Shown here: in pieces, positions 60,901 through 64,000 of the stretch
Layout of the letters: the number at the start of each line of letters is the position of its first letter
Position numbering within the stretch: position 1 is the first letter of the stretch
Assembly (NCBI GenBank): GCA_051362555.1
Contig: CM120643.1
Location: forward strand, 14,730,644-14,794,643
Length of the DNA: 64,000 bases
Origin: Lingula anatina
Taxonomy: Eukaryota > Animalia > Brachiopoda
Direction: 5' to 3'
The notes under the pieces: model-generated
Database searches by the model: none
What the model was told of the DNA's origin: nothing
Seen by the model: only the letters and a program-made list of their open reading frames with translations
Program-made: the position numbers and the translations under genes

Positions 60901-63773
60901 GTATTTGCATGATTATTTTTTCCCAGTAAAAGCATGGAAGAAATGAAACCGATCCATTGCACAGTACTGAATTCTGCAAATACGTATATTTTACCCCCCC
61001 CCCCCCTCCCAAACAAACAAACAAAAAAAAAAGAAAAAAAAGAAAGAAAGAAAGAAACTTCCCCTGAACTAAAATACGAGGTTCAAACAAAGTACCTTGA
61101 AACACATGTTCCACTTCCTCCTCTGTCGGTTTTGGCTTATTCCTTAGTAACGTGTACATTGACATCACCATTCCTGGAGTGCAGAAACCACACTGTGTGC
61201 CGTGGGACTTAGCTATTATCTCCTGAAAGCAATGCATCCCTTTTTGAGGAAAAACACGGAAAGAAACTAATTTAAAATGATAATGAGACACGAAGCGAAC
61301 TCCATTTACAAATTGTCAACGTGCCTTCAAGTCTAAACGCAGTCGAAATAAAGAAAAAAAAGTAAAACATCTTTTCAATTTTTGTCAAATTCGTAAGACC
61401 TCGTCTACCCAAACCAACCCTACCTGCACTGGGTGTAGCCTCGTTTTAGTGCTACCAATCCCCTCCACTGTAGTGACAGCGAGGCCATGGAGAGAACATA
61501 TTGGGACAAGACAGGCATTGGCTGCAAGATGACTGGTTAACAGATAAGGTTTACAACGCAAAAAGATGTCAAGATTAATTATCAAACGTCCACTGTGTGT
61601 TGGATACGGTATGGCTCCCTAATGAGAAAGGATTTGAGAAAACAGTGCATAAGGATACAGTATTTTGTCCTGTTCCTGGTCGTACTTTGATATCATCACT
61701 GTGCATGTACCACACCCGCCTTCTCCACAGCCAAGTTTTGTGCCAGGAAGACGCACTGAGACACGGAGTTAAGGACGAATGTATCAGTTTCATTTAAGCT
61801 GCCAAGGTGTTCGTTTTATGGTTACAATTATGACAAGACGATTAAACAAATATCTGAACGTATAACTACACATAAATCTACCAGTATCACAGAAACGAAT
61901 ATAACATTAACCCATTATAATAACATTTCGAACATATAGTGTTTTAGCTCTCTAAAATATTAGGTGCTGCTTAACTACACTTTTGAATATATAAGTCCTT
62001 TATTACTTGATGTTGCAGTTTGCATAAATTGGGCCCAAAAAAGCGGCAAGATTTATATCAACTCAACTCCCCCATATTAACAATGCACCCGTCATCAATG
62101 GAATCATGTCTTAATTATATAATGAGTCCTTAATGTTAAGGGGTTTTTAATCTTAAGATCAGTAAGTCTAACAAAAAGCAAAGATAGTGCATTTAATTTC
62201 ACGTTCATTGGATTACTATAAATATTAATGCAAGCGCAGTCACCAGTCTACTAGCTAGCTAAACCCTTGGTATAAACACATGAAACAGTGAAGGCATAGG
62301 AAACAATGAAGCCATTAAGACATAGATACAGTTTTTTTTATATTGCAATATTTTTAATATTCAGTTAAAACGAAAGGATACGTTTAGAGCGCAGATACTG
62401 CAGCAAGGTTGTCTCCGGGTCGGCATTGCTTTCTGTTACCTTTGGATAACAAATCAAATTCCGCAATATATATATACATGTACCCTTGGACGAATAAAAC
62501 GTTTTATTCCTTAAATTTGTGCTCATTATTTGGCATGTTGTATTTGTGATCGAGAAAATTTGACACCAATTTTTAGTATAAATAGGAACTTAAGCTAGGC
62601 GTTCATACGGAATTACTTCATAAAAAGCACAGGTGATGTAACAGCCAGCCCAGTTTATTTTAAAGTCATTTGCAGCCTTCTTTGCTGAAAATAAAGTGCT
62701 TTCAGACAATTATAGAGGCGTTGCGGTGAAGGCGTTTTAGGTTTGTTATTCTCATCATGTTTATTGTACATGTATTATGCTGTTAAGTTGTTGTGTAAAG
62801 AAATCTTGCGTGGTAAGAATATGATTGCAGAGACATGATGGCGGACGAGCGTATTTAGTATGAGTCTTGGACACTATAGCCTTTAATTTACAATATCCTG
62901 TCTGGCTCTTAAGTTGTACCTGGCAAACAAGTTGACTTTAATTGCATCTGTAGGCCTTTGCTCACCACAAATGTGCAAATTAAACGCTGACATTGGAATG
63001 CACCACTGAATATTAAGTACTTTGAAAAGCATAATATTGGGAGCCCGAACAATTTACCACCAATAAATGAATGAGTTGATTAGCATTAGTATTAAAGCGA
63101 AAGCTCCGTTTCAATACTTAAGACGTGTGATAGCTGGGTAGGTAAGCGTACATGCATCATTCTTTTCATGGTATGATTACATACAGGCGCCCGTATGCCA
63201 GTACAGTGTGCTACCTGGAAAGTCCGCTTTTTGGTACTTATTTCTAGTCCTGGTTGTCTGTCTTTTCTTAATTTAGTTGGCAAATTATGTTGCACTGCTT
63301 GGCTTAGTAGTTTGGCTTCTTGCTACACTCCCGTTTGTTTTTATCAGCTTTTTGAAATCTGACAATTTCATATAAGTTTTTTTGTCTGTAACCACTGCCT
63401 AATGGCTGCCAATCGGACAACTGACCTATTTCAGCGCTGCAATTCTACGCAATCTCACGCTTGTCCCTGTACACAAGAGCTAAGCCTGGTCACTGGGTCA
63501 AACATGAGAAGATTATGTTTGAAGTAACGTATTACATATCTCTCTCTGGTGCTATATGGTCCGATTCCTTGCTGTGTTCCATATTACATATCACATATAG
63601 GCCTACTAATTATAAATGCTAATACACTGGATATCACAGCTGTAAACTTGCATAAGTTTAGTCTGCATATGTAAAATAAAAAATGACGGTTAAAAAATGC
63701 ATAGGTCACCACCTTTGTAGCGTCTTATTACCTTTTTACCATTCACGAAAAATACGAGGTCGTCTACCTCCAT
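47168..63773 (-). CDS. XDH/AOX: Xanthine dehydrogenase/aldehyde oxidase-family molybdo-flavoenzyme (aldehyde-oxidase-like residues), 33 coding exons, 1321 aa
   Basis: Exons 63773-63732, 62439-62382, 61755-61659, 61532-61424, 61222-61096, 60798-60599, 60229-60088, 59317-59150, 58890-58814, 58578-58485, 58119-58007, 57702-57518, 57333-57168, 56879-56669, 56364-56201, 55648-55529, 55296-55072, 54734-54671, 53887-53824, 52631-52544, 52024-51938, 51767-51576, 51283-51138, 50452-50368, 50159-50061, 49655-49527, 49308-49234, 49024-48972, 48530-48413, 48218-48132, 47993-47826, 47539-47360, 47200-47168 (3966 nt, open frame). Motifs [79 protein letters not shown]. Confidence 0.95.
50790..51030 (-). mobile_element. 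Possible 5'-truncated tRNA-derived SINE
   Basis: - strand B-box-like CGTTCAAACTCCGACCAGGGCCA at one end and a (CATAA)n tail at the other. No A box seen. Confidence 0.3.
52835..53070. mobile_element. MITE family C copy in an XDH/AOX intron
   Basis: GGGTACATTCCAAATGAAACTATCG...CGATAGTTTCACTGGGAATGAGCCT inverted ends; homologous to 12190-12470. Confidence 0.65.
57936..57988. repeat. (TA)n microsatellite
   Basis: Read directly from sequence. Confidence 0.95.
59633..59852. mobile_element. 220-bp near-perfect palindromic MITE (Harbinger-like, CAG TSD)
   Basis: GGCTCCGTATCTCGAAAGG...CCTTTCGAGATACGGAGCC; arms complementary almost to the centre; CAG at 59630-59632 and 59853-59855. Confidence 0.85.
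61533..61658 (-). other. U12-type (minor spliceosome) GT-AG intron, XDH/AOX intron 3
   Basis: 5' splice site GTATCCTT; branch-like ACCTTATC (61550-61543) about 10 nt from the AG; no polypyrimidine tract. Confidence 0.8.
61756..62381 (-). other. U12-type (minor spliceosome) GT-AG intron, XDH/AOX intron 2
   Basis: 5' splice site GTATCCTTT; consensus branch TCCTTAAC (61775-61768) 12 nt from the 3' splice site. Confidence 0.92.
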
Positions 63774-63899
63774 TCTGTCTGCAGTTGGTGACCTTTACGG
63801 TTAATATCCGGGTTAAAGATATACAAATATGGATTCCGAAAACGACCTGAAAAGCAGTCAGAGAGCGTAAACCTCCGTCAAGGCAAACCAATTATATAT

Positions 63900-63930
<31 letters not shown>

Positions 63931-64000
63931 TGCACAGACAAATAAATACACAAACTAATGGCAAGCAAAACATGACCGCCTTGAAGGAGGGAAATATAAT

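Noticed and set aside
47168-63773. XDH/AOX as a pseudogene, given its divergent active site
   Set aside because: All 33 exons splice in frame with GT-AG ends, no internal stop was found, and cofactor ligands are conserved.

Overview
AT-rich, intron-rich animal genomic DNA, most likely a marine invertebrate; the taxon cannot be fixed from sequence alone. I assembled four protein-coding genes by hand from GT-AG splice sites with consistent reading frames. (1) A two-exon scratch (Snail-family) zinc-finger repressor, + strand, 19054-28274, 337 aa. (2) A seven-exon cathepsin Z/X, - strand, 36180-40844, 299 aa, with M-box/CLEAR-like motifs just upstream. (3) A five-exon single-TIR-domain gene ending in a hydrophobic tail anchor, - strand, 42598-44666, 214 aa, with NF-kB-like sites upstream. 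(4) A 33-exon xanthine dehydrogenase/aldehyde oxidase-family gene, - strand, 47168-63773, 1321 aa, with two consecutive U12-type introns, an aldehyde-oxidase-like FAD domain and an unusual substrate pocket (E802->Q, R880->E). Non-coding DNA holds Helentron/DINE-like elements with internal tandem arrays, several MITE families, a TIR element with an 8-bp TSD carrying a RecQ-helicase fragment, and a decayed Penelope-like element whose inverted terminal repeats both carry a hammerhead-like fold with a G3-C8 core swap. No rRNA, tRNA gene or CRISPR array was found. All comparisons to known proteins and motifs are from memory, not database searches.
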